Part shown: positions 27,000-41,319 of the stretch, piece by piece
Position numbering within the stretch: position 1 is the first letter of the stretch
How the letters are laid out: the number at the start of each line of letters is the position of its first letter
Source: Octopus sinensis
Lineage: Eukaryota
Assembly: GCF_006345805.1 (NCBI RefSeq)
Contig: NC_042998.1
Coordinates: 67,394,001 to 67,458,000, forward strand
Reading direction: 5' to 3'
Length of the DNA stretch: 64,000 nucleotides
The notes under the pieces: model-generated
Seen by the model: only the letters and a program-made list of their open reading frames with translations
Told to the model about the DNA's origin: nothing
Databases searched by the model: none
Program-made: the position numbers and the translations under genes

Positions 27000-27954
27000 T
27001 GTGGTCATAATGTCATTCGTTCGATTCTTGAGTCGGGTTCCGCATTTTTTGCAATGCTCAAGGTTAGTCGCCTGAAAATGAGCACCGGCCTAGTACTGGA
27101 ACAGCTCTCTCTTCCTCCAGAATATGCATCCTCGATTCTCACGACAATTGTTCAGCTGTGTCACGTGTACCGAATGAATGTTGTCGCACGAATATATGAA
27201 CTCCTAAATTAATTACTCCAGACGCTGTACAAGTGATCAGGTCATAATTGTTTGCGACTGACAGCTCAGCTATCGCTTTTATTAATCGTGTCATTTATGA
27301 ATTTAGAAAACTGAAATGAAATTAAATTATTCATAAGCGAATTCATGTGAAATGAATATTTAAGTTTCTAATGACTTTGTTACGAATGACAAAAACAACC
27401 TCGTCACAAATACGACATAGAAGAAATAAAATATAAAGAAAGTATATGTCATTTAATTTCTAGCAAAAAACAACATTCACACACAAATACGCGCGCGCAT
27501 GCACACACACGTTTCATTATGAATATATAAGCGATTATATTCAAGTCCAAAATTTGAAGACAAAATGGTGAAAGCGTGGGAAACACATAACAGGCAACAA
27601 ACACGCACATACATGCATACATACAATGGCAGCGTTAACAACATACTTACAGTTGTCGTAGACTGTTGAAATTACCTATTTGTTTTTTGTTTTGTTTTGT
27701 TTTGTTTTTTTTTGGCATCTTCTTTATACAATTACGCTAACTCCTCCAGTACATATCAGTAACTAATAATTTTCTGTTACAAAAAGGAGAAACATCTTTA
27801 ATTTACCATCACAACGCTACTCAAACGGGATTTCAAATTCTAACTTACCGTTTTTACATTTATGGTTGATAGTAATAATAACACAACCAATAACACAATG
27901 ACACTACGTCATTTATAATGACCTAAACACTCTTATGATTCTTTATACACACAC

Positions 27955-27994
<40 letters not shown>

Positions 27995-28080
27995 TTACGA
28001 CATGAAATACGAAAAAGATTAGTCCCATACGATGCAAACAACGAGAGAAACAAATAGAAAACCGGACAAGTAACACAAAG

Positions 28081-28147
28081 AACGACCCTTCATCAGTTGT
28101 CGGCTGTCTACCTAGTCCTCATTTCGCGCGTTGAACGACAATGTGAG
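28081..28147 (-). ncRNA. Candidate non-circularly permuted hammerhead (U16.1 mutated to C)
   Basis: Minus strand reads CTCAC A TTGTCG ttcaacgcgc GAA ATGAG gactaggtagacagc CGACAA CTGATGA agggtcgtt. Stem I is 6 bp and stem III 4 of 5 bp, both in exact catalytic register. Confidence 0.6.
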
Positions 28148-28533
28148 CCAATATTTTGGAATTATGGAAGGTCAAAGTTTGGAACAAAAATAGTATAGCG
28201 GAGACATACAAGGAAACCGAACGAAAACATGACGTTAGACCATGACGAGGGTAAAATAGCGAACGCTGGAGGAATATTTTCTTTGATTAAGAGAAAAGAT
28301 GGAAGAGAGGGTTAGAATACGCCCAGTCCTTTGGACAGTCATGAAGGTAAAGAACGATGACCACACGAGGAAAAGAAAGATGGACGATGGTGACATGTGA
28401 GCAACGAGAGAGAGAGAGAGAAAGAGAAAAGGGAGAGAGAGAGAGAGAAAGGGAAAAAAAGATAGGGGAGAAAACAATATAAAGTAGAATTGCATCAAAA
28501 GGATTAGGATAAACTTAATTGGAATATATATAA

Positions 28534-28577
<44 letters not shown>

Positions 28578-29228
28578 TATATATATATATATATATATGT
28601 ATAGAGAAAGAGGGGGGGAGGGGAGAGAGAAATTACAGTAGTAGTTATGTTAATTTTAGCTACACCAGTCGATGTTATTAGTCTGGCAACAGTAGATATA
28701 TACCTTAGTGACCGTTCTGGCGTAGTAAAAGAAATACACCACCCGATATGGCACCCTCACTGGGTTGCACAACAGTAAGTAAAACAATGTAGACGATTTT
28801 TGCTGCAAGCGCTTGCTCCTTCTCTTCTGACTTTCTTCTAAGATACTTGGAGCTTGGAAAAAGAGAGAAAATTATGAGCAAGAAACCTCAAAGGATACAG
28901 CTTAATAATATAATGGAAAATTAATACTTTCTTTCGTAATTGGCCAGTAATTAAGCGTAAACAATAAGACTTGCCAATGATATTTAATCTGTTGAAAATT
29001 AGTGCCTTAGCTGTTTTTACTTCTATGCCAAGTGAAAATACGCATCTCCTATAGATAACGTTGGTGTAACACATAAACACCCTTCTCTTCTAAACAAATA
29101 ACTTGAAACCGATATAAAACCGTTGAGTAGGTATCTCAGTTGTCGCTAGATTCATCATATATAATATATGAAAGCAATTCAATTACTATTAATATAATTA
29201 CTGCGTGATTCAGAAAATTTAGACAATA

Positions 29229-29259
<31 letters not shown>

Positions 29260-30159
29260 CATATTAAACGATCTAAGTAATTTGTCATATATGATATTCA
29301 TAATATATTTAATATCAAACAATGTCTGTAAAGTGTTGTGGTACAAGTGGGACAGAATAATTCCATGAGCGTTTTAAGTTTGAATAATAATGCGGCCGTC
29401 ATATTATAACCCATCAAGTAACATCAATTTCCACTTTCTCATATAAATACACATAAGAAAATCTAGGCGAATACCAGATAATATCCAGAGAGTAAGCAAC
29501 TATAACAGCTTCTCTATAGTCACCTTCATAATGAAGCAAACTCTTTGTTGTCGCGTGAACTTTGTAAATACATGATGTTTGAAGCTAATATACCTTTGAT
29601 CATAGGACTACTTGAATAACACCAATAACACTAAACAATCTTTGCTTTAAGTTTGTTTTACACTTGGTCGAATTTCACCTTTCATCTCTCCGGGATCATT
29701 AGCATATTTACCGATCCTATATTTTAATCGATTCACATATATTAGTACACTATACCACAGTCAGCTCATACTGTTTCTTTCTTTATGATAGCACAGATAT
29801 GAATTGTACTCATATATATAGATTATCAAACCAAGCGTCGTGGTGTTACAAGTGTGTAGTAATTATGATCTTGTTTCTTTTAAATTATGTTACTAGTTTC
29901 AGTAAGCTGGTAAACATCATAGTTCGCAGAAGTGAAAGAACTTGAAAAGAAAATCGGAACTGAAATTTAAATTGCATTTTCAGTAAGAATATTCTGCTAC
30001 TATTGTTCCTAAATCTAGTAAACACCACACTAATACTACTTATTAAGCATTTCACCACGGAATATATCATAAACTGTTCAAAAGAAACATCACAAAATAT
30101 AGTTACAGCTGATGTGTGTGTTTATGACCGAAACATCTAAGCTCCACGCTGTTAATGGC

Positions 30160-30340
30160 GACTTCTGCTGACTCTTTCGCCACAATTCCTCTCACTCTTT
30201 CCTCCTGCATCTACCAGCTCACTCACCTACGACGGGCCGGCGGGGAACCCATACACCGCGGCGTCCCGTCCAGGTGGGGAACCTATACACGGCCCTTATG
30301 AGCCAAGCATGGCTCGAGAATAAACAAACAAACAAACAGC
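30160..30340 (+). mobile_element. 3' part of the SINE family seen at 10330-10634, ending in (AAAC)n
   Basis: ctgactctttcgccacaa...agctcactcacctacgacgggccggcg...ggcccttatgagccaagcatggctcgagaataaacaaacaaac. Confidence 0.65.
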
Positions 30341-30793
30341 ATTAAGATATATCACTAAGAGCCACCTCAATTTCTTGCCGTTCTGAAACATTATTTGCAG
30401 TTGATGTGTCCTTAAGCAGTTTCACAGTTTAATTCATTTTGAAGCAAAATTATTTTCAAAAAAAGCCCAATGTTAGCCAAAACATTAATATTTGCAACGA
30501 AATTACTAAAACAAAAAATAAACATAAGAGAAAATTGAACAAATTATTGTTTTAAATAATTTTAAACAGATAAGCAAAATGAATGAATAAGCAAAAATGT
30601 AGCACCCCCTCGAAAAATATCCAATAACGAATCACAAAAACCAAGCAGCGAACAGTTGTTGACTAACGAACAGAGACAAGAAATTACAGTCGCACTAACG
30701 AATGTAAATACACGCTCAAAATCGTATTGTAATGGTCTTCGGCTTGCGAATTTCGGTCACAAGATAACTCTGGTTCAATATATGTGTGTGTAA

Positions 30794-31008
30794 AGGCGGC
30801 GAGCTGGCAGAAACTTTAGTATGCCGGGCGAAATGCTTAGCGTTATTTCGTCTGTCTTTATGTTTTGAGTTAAAATTTGCCTTTCATCCTTTCAGGGTCG
30901 ATAAATTAAGTACCAGTCACGCACTGGGGTCGTTGTAATCGACTTAATCCTTTTGTCTGTCCTTGTTTGTCCCTTCTATGTTTAGCCCCTTGTGGACAAT
31001 AAATAAAT
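30794..31008 (+). mobile_element. tRNA-derived SINE, same family as 26765-26999
   Basis: Head aggcggcgagctggcagaa; core gggtcgataaattaagtaccag; tail ctatgtttagccccttgtggacaataaa. Confidence 0.85.
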
Positions 31009-31883
31009 AACAAATGAAAAAAATTGACTTTATTTACAGGAATCAATCGTAATAGTTTGAATCCTGTGTTCGTATTTCACCGAGGACTATGTGGCCTCTT
31101 TAACTGTTTCCTTACAATGCTTTTGACTGAAAACCACGTTTCAGGTCTGAATTTTTTTAATAAAAACTGTAATTTAAATATTTGATATTGATTAATATGC
31201 ACGAGCAATTCATATCCCGAGGTCAAACTCCATAGAAATACCGGGAGTATTAAAAGAATTAAAGGATATAGTAGAATATATAATTAACGATTTCTTACAG
31301 AACACAGGGATAATCAGATTCAATTCTCGAGCAAACTTTCGTAGTTGTAACTATCACTGTAGCTGTCGGACTCAATATGATGTTATGTAAAGTCTATTTT
31401 CATGTTAAACAGGATAGGATATAATTGTTTTAATGTTTACGTCACTCTACTGAATTATAATATATGCGTAATAACAACTAATATTTTTGTTTCTATTTTC
31501 TTTTTAGATGTTGTCTCTAATTCGTACTCAGTCTCAAAGGTAAGTAATTTTTTTCTCATTCATAAGTCATCGTACATAGCGCTACATTTTATCCATTGAG
31601 CATTCCTCCACATTGACTGTGGGAAATGCGATAATGTCTTGTTCACTCCCTAAAGCTGACTGACAGTTTTAATATACCTTTTGTTAGGCGACTGCTATTC
31701 TGATGACCTAACCATCGTGAAGAATAGAATTTAGTTTTAATTATTAGAGATGCCTTAAGGCTGCAAAAGTCTTCTTATATTTTGACAGTAAGCGCTAAAT
31801 TGTTCGAAGCAATGTCTTGTTACAAACTATTTTAAATGTAACTTCGCAATACTGCTGTGAAAACATATACCAAATGCGCTGAC

Positions 31884-31935
<52 letters not shown>

Positions 31936-34749
31936 TGTGTTGTGTGTGAGTGTGTATGTATATATGTACGGATGGATGGATGGATGGACGGACGGATGGA
32001 TGGATGGATTAACTGTTATAAAGCAAAGATATATATAATCACTGGCTGCTACTGCATATCCATTTATTATACAGGAATGGGAATTCTGCCAGAAAATATA
32101 TTCTATTTAAATATATTTTTTTGATAAATGTCAGTATAAAATGTAATATTTATTGGTGTGATTTATATATATGTTTATTGGAATAGTCCATATAAATATA
32201 AAACTATTTCTAGAAATGGGCAGGTTTTTTTGTTTTAGCGGTATAATAGAAGACCAAGATGTTATTCTTGTTTTTACTTTTGTTTTGTCTTTACTGTTGT
32301 TTTGTTGTTGTTGCTGCCGTCGTCATCATTCAAGCTGCTGACTTTTATCTTCAGTTCTATCCTCGTTGAGTAAATATATGATGAAAAGAATTCTAACCGT
32401 TACCATTCGGTCTTTTTATAAGAATGCTAGGCTACATTATCAAATATGTCCTGTAATAGTGTAGCATAATTTGAGGGAGATTTGATTCCTATTTCTGGTA
32501 GGCCGTTCGATCGGACCACTTGGAGGCTTCATCATTATCTCGCGTCCTCCTTCTACGTTATATTGATAACTGTTCTCGATATGCCGTCCTTTTGATGTTA
32601 TATAATTCATGATTAGATACAAGACATCCGTTTCCAAAATCGATATAACATACATATCACGGGAGAGGACCGTGGAGTGCAACAACTGTTAATGAGTCAG
32701 ACGTTGTTCTTTACCTATTAAGTTACAGCTTAAATTTAAATTTTAACTTTAAATCAACATCAATTCGATTTATTTATACTTTTGTTTATCTCCCTGAGTC
32801 GGCAGAATATCTGCTAGAAACATATTCGGGTACTAAATTACCTGACGTATTCCATATCTCAAAACAATAAAATCAATATGACTGCATAACCATTGATGGA
32901 TAACCATCGCCGAATACGCAAGGATTGACTATTTATCTGCAGTAGTTCACGGATAATTAGAGGGCAATAGTAATTATGGGATACTCTAGCTCATAAATAA
33001 TAAATGGAATATACCGAATATATAATTATTTTAATTTCGTATAATAGTGCAAGTGAACTGATATATAAAACCGTTCTATTTTCAATGTTGCTCTGCAATT
33101 ATCTTTGAAAAAACTAGGAGTAAGTTTAGCTCTTCTTAGTTATTGATTTTGGAAAAATAATTCTTAATTTAGTATATGAAACTCAGTTCTTTCTTTGGCA
33201 TCAAAATGTCTATTGCGAGCATGAAACTGTACAGGTAGAATGCTGCTTGAAATCGTATTAGGAATTCATTTTAAGGCTACACGGGAATGTTCTTTCTAGG
33301 AGACAGTCCCGGGCAAAATTTCATGAGAGATCAATTTCCAATGTCTCAGGTCCCCTCACATCATTCTATCGATGTCAAGGACCATTATATCTTGGTGTCA
33401 GGATCAAGGCAAGAGTTGGCAAATCGAAATAGAAGACAACGCCGGACTGCCCTAGGATATGCAACTTCTCATTTGTAATCAATTCTATAGGCCGAAGTAC
33501 TTTAGAAATACTTATATTTTCCTTAAACATTTAGGGACGAATGGAGGTACGGTGTTTGCATACAAAGCGCTCAAACAAATATTATATAGCATCCTGGCAA
33601 TATAGTGATTCTGACATTAACAGAACGAACGCTGTTACAAGCATTTAAGCAAAGAAGGGTTACTCAATTTAACTGTATAGCAATCAGTATAGTGTTTGCT
33701 ATACTGATTATAATGAGATTTTCCTAAATTTTATATTTCTTTTCTCGGCTTTACACATACACAAAAGCAATATTTTCTCAAATCCTTCTTTTTCGAAGTG
33801 TCACTCAGAAAACTGTACATACGACGACGTACATATAGATTACACTTCTCGGCCGTAGACTTAATGCATTGAGTGACTCTGTTGCAGTATTTGATTTAAT
33901 GGTTTAAAAGAATTTTTTATGCTCCAATCAACCTGAGAATTAATGTCATAGTGGCGACAGTTAATGTTTGTGAGCAGTCTAGAAACGTATTGAGAGTGAT
34001 CACTATTTTACTCACGTGGTTATATATAGCCGCTCATTCTGTATAAAATTACTTAAAGCAAATATATTAATGCACGCCACACACTGCAATCATATACACA
34101 AATAACGATTCTAAACTTGGTACAATGCCAAACACTTAAGACTAGGGATGCATTTATTTTGTTTGATATCCATTAGTTGACCGGAACTTGTGTTTATAAA
34201 ACCAATGGGATTTGAAAATCAACTGCGGCATCATTTAAATTTAAGACACAAAAGAGCGTAACTGAATACATGACATAGGAAATTTCCCTAAGGATGTTTC
34301 CTGCATGAAGTTCATACAGTTAGGTGAAGTTAACAAAGTTCTGAGCCTGTAGATATGATTCATCATTTAAAATTACAACCATAGAAAATAGAGGCATCTT
34401 TAGCGTTAATGGGAATTCTTGTCAAAGAAGGTAAGGGAGACAAATTCAAATGTAAATTAATTAAAAAATTAATGTGATACATGGCTTGAGAAATGAGCCT
34501 AATCTATGGAAATTACAAGAACTCAGCTGTATTAGATGTTCTCAGTGAAGCTAAACTGTATACTCGCAAAATTTTCAAATGACTTTATTTTGTACATCAA
34601 GAAAAATATCGGGAAAACGTTACACAAACATTGATTTCTTCACCCTGACAACTAGGGGAAACAAGCAAACTATGAGAGATGGTGGGATGAGATCAGAGAA
34701 AGACAGATAGAGGTAATAGCGTGTGAAATGAAAAACAGAAATAGGGAAG

Positions 34750-34981
34750 TAGAGAGAGAGAGAGAGAGAGAAACAGACAGAGACAGACAGACAGACAGAC
34801 ACACAGACACACAGACAGACAGACAGACAGACAGACACAGACAGAGGGAGAGAGACAGAGAGAGATAGAGAGATAGAGAGAGAGTGTGAGTTGTTAAGAA
34901 ATAGAGATTGAGTTTTAGAGAAAAAACTTTGAGAGAGAAAAACAGAAAGTAACAGAATAGAAAAATGAAAAAGAGGCACAG

Positions 34982-35042
<61 letters not shown>

Positions 35043-35043
35043 C
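34750..35043 (+). repeat. Compound (GA)n/(GACA)n microsatellite region
   Basis: Direct reading. Confidence 0.9.
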
Positions 35044-35454
35044 AAGGGGAAAATTTATTTGAGAAAAACAATGAAAGCGTAGAAATGACACACAGTTGTG
35101 GCTGAAGGTAAATTATAGACTCACGTTGGTTTCATTGTTGCATATTTAGTAAGACCTCGGATGAGTGGTTGGTATAATGAATGGAATGTTAATTGAGAAG
35201 TTGACTGATCAAGAGACAAACATACTGGATGGATGGATGGTTGCAGAGTTCAGGAACTTATTGTGTTTGATAATGTAGCAGTAATTGGAGTAAGGCATTG
35301 AACTGATAATTGGTTTGTAATATATATGTATTTTGAAAATAATTATTGTAGTAGCCCAAGTTGATCATTTTTAATTATAAGTATCGATTGTGTTTACTTA
35401 AATGAAACATTCAACCTTACATTCAAGTAAGTAGAATTGGACAAGATGAAAGGT

Positions 35455-35800
35455 GAGAGGAAGAAGAAAAAGAAGAAGGAGAAGAAGAAGAAGAAGAGAA
35501 GAAGAAGAAGAAGAAGAAGGAGACGAAGAAGAAGAAGAAGAAGAAGAAGAAGAAGGAGGAGGAGAAGAAGAAGAAGAAGAAGAAGAAGAAGAAGAAGAAG
35601 AAAAGAAAAGAAGAAGAAGAAGAAGAAGAAGGTGGTGGTGAAAACAACGAACAAGGAGTCGTCAAAGAAGGCAATGACCANNNNNNNNNNNNNNNNNNNN
35701 NNNNNNNNNNNNNNNNNNNNNNNNNNNNNNNNNNNNNNNNNNNNNNNNNNNNNNNNNNNNNNNNNNNNNNNNNNNNNNNNGAAGCAAGAAGAAGAAGAAG
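35455..35800 (+). repeat. (GAA)n triplet repeat spanning an assembly gap
   Basis: gaa units lie on both sides of the N run. Confidence 0.9.
35681..35780. other. Assembly gap (100 N)
   Basis: Run of n characters. Confidence 1.
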
Positions 35801-36699
35801 AATACTTCCTGCAATAGGCTTGAAGCTTTGGGGTATGGGTCAAGTCAATTACATCGACCCCAGTACTCGATTGTCCCTTATTTCGTCGACCACGGCAGAA
35901 TTTGAACTGTGAGCGTAAAGACAGGAGAAATACTGCTAGACATTTTATGCAGCGTGCTAACGATTCTGCTTGCTTACATCATTAATAATAATAATAATGA
36001 TAATAATGATGATAATAATAATAATGATAATAATAAAAATAACAACAACAACAACAACAACAATAATAATAATAATAATAATAATACTTGGTACAAAAGA
36101 TGGGCTACAGCAAATATTCTGCTCAATACCACAGATTTGCTTGTCAGTTGTTTGACCTTAACCTGTTGATTATGTCCCTTAGTGGCAGACGATAGGTGCA
36201 TCCCTGATCATGAACAGAAGTAGTGGGGGAGCATCATAGTCGTGTGTTCAATGGAATTCTTAGAGGTTTGGATAATTCACCTTTGGAAACATGGGTGATT
36301 CGTTCAACATCCTTAAACAATTTTTATTCAGGGTTGAGTAACCCATCCCGCTCAAAAATTTTCAGAAGGCGGAAAAGAGAACGAAACCATGCACTCCAGT
36401 TGAAATTATATAAAAGTGGTACAAATGGAGAGTTAGAAGAGTGTTATTGCATTAATGCCATAACGTATTTGTTACATGACTATAGCGATTGATGTTGAAG
36501 AGATGACAACGACTCCGAAATGTACTCATTCACCATTCTAGCAAGTACGTGCTTCGAACAGATTTGGTGCGTTCACACCGATTTGCATCAAACGAGTAAT
36601 TTCTTCATGACAAAATACAGCGAATGACGCTCTCAAGGGCTCAAATATGCCATAGGCATGTGTGTGTTTGTGTGTGTATAATGTGTGTACATATATATA

Positions 36700-36742
<43 letters not shown>

Positions 36743-36752
36743 TATATATATA

Positions 36753-36799
<47 letters not shown>

Positions 36800-37540
36800 G
36801 TATATATATGTATGTATACAAACACACATTCTAAACCATTACACATATAAATACGTTGACAGACACAGATATGTGTGACGGCGTGTTGTGTGTGTATATA
36901 TATGACTTCGTTTATAACCAATTAACTCGTATTTAATCAAACAATGTAGTTGTTTCTCTCGACTGCTTCCATTACATTATTCAATTTAAAGAAATTTGGC
37001 TTTTATTTTTCCTTTGCGGTAAATTTTTCTGAACTCTTTTTGTCTTAACTTTGTTCAATTTTCACCTAAATTATTTCTCTTCCTTATTGAGATAAAAAGC
37101 TGTAATTTTCATCAGTAACAACGCAACATTTGCCAAATTATATCGTTAGTCACATTTATAATGTGTGTGTTAGGCAAGGAGAATAATTAATGTTGATTAC
37201 CCGAATGATTAGTGCAGCGCTGAATAAGAAACTTAACTATTCTCGTCATTATATATTATGTCATGGCGTATTTTATGTCTCTCAGATCTAAAGATTTCTA
37301 TTTTATCGTAATATTTTGATTTATAATTTGCAAAGTGAAATATAATTGCAGTTTTCTACATAATTACATAACTATGGCAACGTATAGTTCGAATTATGAT
37401 TCGAAGGTCTTTACGAAACATACGTACAGTTAAAATGTATTCTGCAAACTTTTCCACTTACAAGCATATTGGTTTAAAATTATAACGGTTATTATCGTCG
37501 TAATATATATGCATACATGTACACTCACACACGTATATAC

Positions 37541-37578
<38 letters not shown>

Positions 37579-37734
37579 GTACGTGTGTATGTATTATGAC
37601 TATATATATATAAAATCAAGATCCAGTTGAATTAGGTACTTAAAATTTGGCACTAAGCCAGATCGGTATAGTCTGCACAGCTCCACGTTAGGTGAACAGA
37701 ATGTAAATAAGTAACAAGGATATCTAGGAATCAA

Positions 37735-37804
37735 TACATTACGGCCGTTTCGAGCAGCTCCATTTAATCGATCAACTTTAAAGAATCAGCTCTCCTCAGA
37801 CGTA
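37735..37804 (-). ncRNA. Intact type I hammerhead ribozyme
   Basis: Minus strand reads TACGT CTGAGGA GAGC [33 nt] GCTC GAA ACGGCCGT A ATGTA. All core bases are present; cleavage triplet GUA; stem III is palindromic. Confidence 0.85.
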
Positions 37805-38490
37805 GATGACCATATAGATTTCCAAAGTAAAGGATAATCCATTTTAAGCAAATTGATATGAATACCAGAAACCAAATAATTACATTGTTTCCTTGTGTTA
37901 TATTTGTGGCAGAATGAGTTTAGAAACCAAAAAAAAGTATCTTATTAAACCTACTATAATTTAGAGAGTAGCAGAGCAAAATTGTGGTGTGGGTCATGAT
38001 ATGGGAGTGGTGAGATAGTTATTTATATTTAGAAGGTCTGGAACATAAATTTGTTAAAAATTGTTTGTCTTTTATGTTGGAAATCTATACGGTCTTCTAC
38101 GTGTGAGGAGAGCCTTTTTCTTTAAAATTGATTTAATGTTTTCATTGGTCGATTAAATGGCGCCGCTGGAAACGGCCATACTGTATTAATACCTGGACAT
38201 CCTTGTTGTTTATTTACATTATGTGTGTGTGCTTGTGTATACACAGTAAATCTCACTCGCTCTGAGATCGAGAGAAATTCATGTATATGGAAATGAGTAA
38301 CACATATACATGTTTTCATTATTTTCATACGGAATAATTTTCTACTTACAAGATACTCGCAGTATTATAATTATTATCATTATTATTTTATTACATGTGT
38401 GCGACATGCATGTATCAATAGATATGTGCCTGTTTTCTTATGTGTGCGTGCTCTGAGGTGTGTGTGTGCATGTATGCGCGCTCTAGTGTA

Positions 38491-38522
<32 letters not shown>

Positions 38523-38636
38523 AATGTTTCCGCGTATGTGTTTGTGTGATCGCGTGCATGTATTACATGAGTAATGGAAGTGGTGTTGTGGTTCTGTTAT
38601 TTCTATTGTATACATTTTCTATTTAACATTGGTATA

Positions 38637-38788
38637 TCTAATGGTTGAGGTCGCGAATAGCGACGAAAGAACTCTAGGAGAGAAAACTAACAAACGATTG
38701 ATTTTTCAATAATCACATTAAACAAACAATTGAGTAGTGAAGGCATGTCAATGATGAAGTCGGGAACAGCGACGAAAGGACTGTGACA
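38637..38788 (+). ncRNA. Two tandem degenerate minimal hammerheads, 109 nt apart
   Basis: tcta atggttga g GTCG cgaatag CGAC GAAA gaactc tagg, and TGTCA atgatga a GTCG ggaacag CGAC GAAA ggactg TGACA. Confidence 0.55.
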
Positions 38789-38947
38789 GGAAAACTAACA
38801 ATCAATACATTTTACAAACAATGGAATCGTTGGTTGGTAAATAAAGAAGTAGTATTGAACCAGTGCATGTATTTATTTTAAATTTTATTCGATTAATAAC
38901 CCGCGCTAGACTCAAGATTTGTTTCAACACATGAATACACATCAAGA

Positions 38948-39017
<70 letters not shown>

Positions 39018-40533
39018 AAATACAGAAATGAAATGTATATATTTGTTTCCTTTTTGTTATGACAGATATATTGAAGGCCCGACTATGTTCTAAATTTTGT
39101 ATTTTTCAATAGTAAAATACTGAAACAAGAAATCTGGCTAGAATTTGCAGCAAAAGACTATATGATTGAATGTTTGTTAAAATCACGTTAGATGCTCGAA
39201 ATATATGCATGATATACCTCACCAGAATCTTTAAAGTTCCAATAAAAAATGTAAATATTCATCAACAATTGTTGTTAGTTCCCTTACGAGATGTGATATC
39301 ATAAAATATGTCAGATTCTAAAGAGTTTATACGTTTGACAAATTTGAAATAATTTATTTCATCGGAGAGATGTTATATACGTTTGGTCCATTCTTCTTTG
39401 TATACATCTAATAACATAGATAGACAAATAGGTCCCAATGATTTATAGTTGTCATAATCGAAGATACTATGTCATCCATTGTAAGGCGTGTGTACGATGT
39501 TATGTGTATAGGAAGATAAATGTACACAAATTATTGCGTACATCGCTTATATTGCTTTGGTTGTAATGGATAACGTGCCCATATATATTATCTCGTTACA
39601 GCACAATTTCGGCATAACTACCTCTATATAAATAAAACAGAGTGCTCATTAAACTGGTAGAAGGTTGACAGACATCTACATAGGATGTATAACTATATTC
39701 TTTATATCTAAATTGGTAGTATAGTACTGCAATTATTGTAAAGTAGGAAAGAATATTTGAAAATGTAAACAGAATAAAGTCGATGCAATTTCATAACACC
39801 AGTTTCAAAGACAATATGACAATGATAAGTGATAAAGTTAAAGGCATGTTAATATAATGTGTGGACAGGGCAACAGATATTTATCATTATATTGCAAATG
39901 TAAAGTGTTCTTGATGTGAAATTGTATCATAGAATGAGATTTAAATATATGTTTGAGAGTAAAGGCAAAACGTATACCATAAACAACTATTAAAGATGAA
40001 AAGTTATATATTCTTTTTGATCATTCTACAAGATCTTTTATTACTTCGGATTTAAGACGCAGCCAAAGCTTTTAGTTACATACATAAATGTCACGTGACA
40101 TTGTTTCCATTCTCATGTGTCGGATGAACGAAAATGTAGATAAAATGGCTGGCATACATAAGTAAATCTTACTTAAAGTACTTAAAAAGCATCCAAAGAT
40201 ATCTAAAAGGAATCCATCCAGGAGAAAAACTGTTTCATTCTCTCGTCATTATTTTCCTTTCTGCATTCCTTTGTTTCCCTCTTTTCTCTTTATGCGCTAT
40301 TGTTGCATTCATCTTCCGACAAACATGTTCTATTATAATATGAAACAATGCCCAAACGAATGAATGGGTGAGAAACTTGAATGCTTGTGCTTCACTGATT
40401 TGAATTCGTAAACACAAACCCAACACACACAAATACGTAAGTATAGACAAACATACACACACTTAAATGTATGTCCGAGCACTTGTGTGCTAGTATATCT
40501 ATCTATCTGTTTATGTATATATATCCATATCTA

Positions 40534-40610
<77 letters not shown>

Positions 40611-40621
40611 GTCTGTCTATT

Positions 40622-40662
<41 letters not shown>

Positions 40663-40701
40663 GTGTGTGTGTGTGTGTGTGTGGTGTGTGTGTGTGTGTG
40701 T

Positions 40702-40883
40702 GCCGCGAGAGTTACGTTCCAAAACATTCCGCGAAGTAGAAACAGTACAATATATTCTTTTATCATTTTTATGTGTATATATTTATTTTACTATAAATGG
40801 AATATAACACCACGGAGGAATCGATCTCAGCTCAAATAATAAACCGCGATATTTGAATCACGATATGGCAAGCGATTACTGTA
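40702..40883. mobile_element. Tigger/pogo-like MITE, partial
   Basis: Homologous to 48121-48424; ends gattactg-ta. Confidence 0.65.
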
Positions 40884-41319
40884 TATACTTTTCTTTTATT
40901 AAAGCTGCAAAAACATCAGAAAAAGACTGTGACTCAGAGTTTCATGTTACCTATCTATACAGGTTAATAGGCTGGTAGATAAGTACATAGGTAACCGCAC
41001 AGACAAATACACACACACACACACACCCATCACACACACAAATAACACACACAAAAAAGTATGAAAACACATGACTATATATAGATGCACACATCACACA
41101 CGCATACACACAAAGACACATATGGAGACACACATCGATACATAACAGACGCATGTACATAATCACACAAACTCATACACATAGACACACACACAAACAC
41201 GCACAAGCAAGGAAGCAGAGGCACACACACGTCAATACACACATTCATATTTAGAAACACACTAGCACACACGAATACGCAGGCATGCACACACACACGT
41301 TAACACATGAATATGCACA

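Noticed and set aside
26982-27212. 76-aa ORF
   Set aside because: Starts inside a SINE tail; no recognisable motif or splice context.
30105-30148. ctgatgtgtgtgtttatgaccgaaacatc
   Set aside because: Core lacks A9 and no stem II or NUH register forms.
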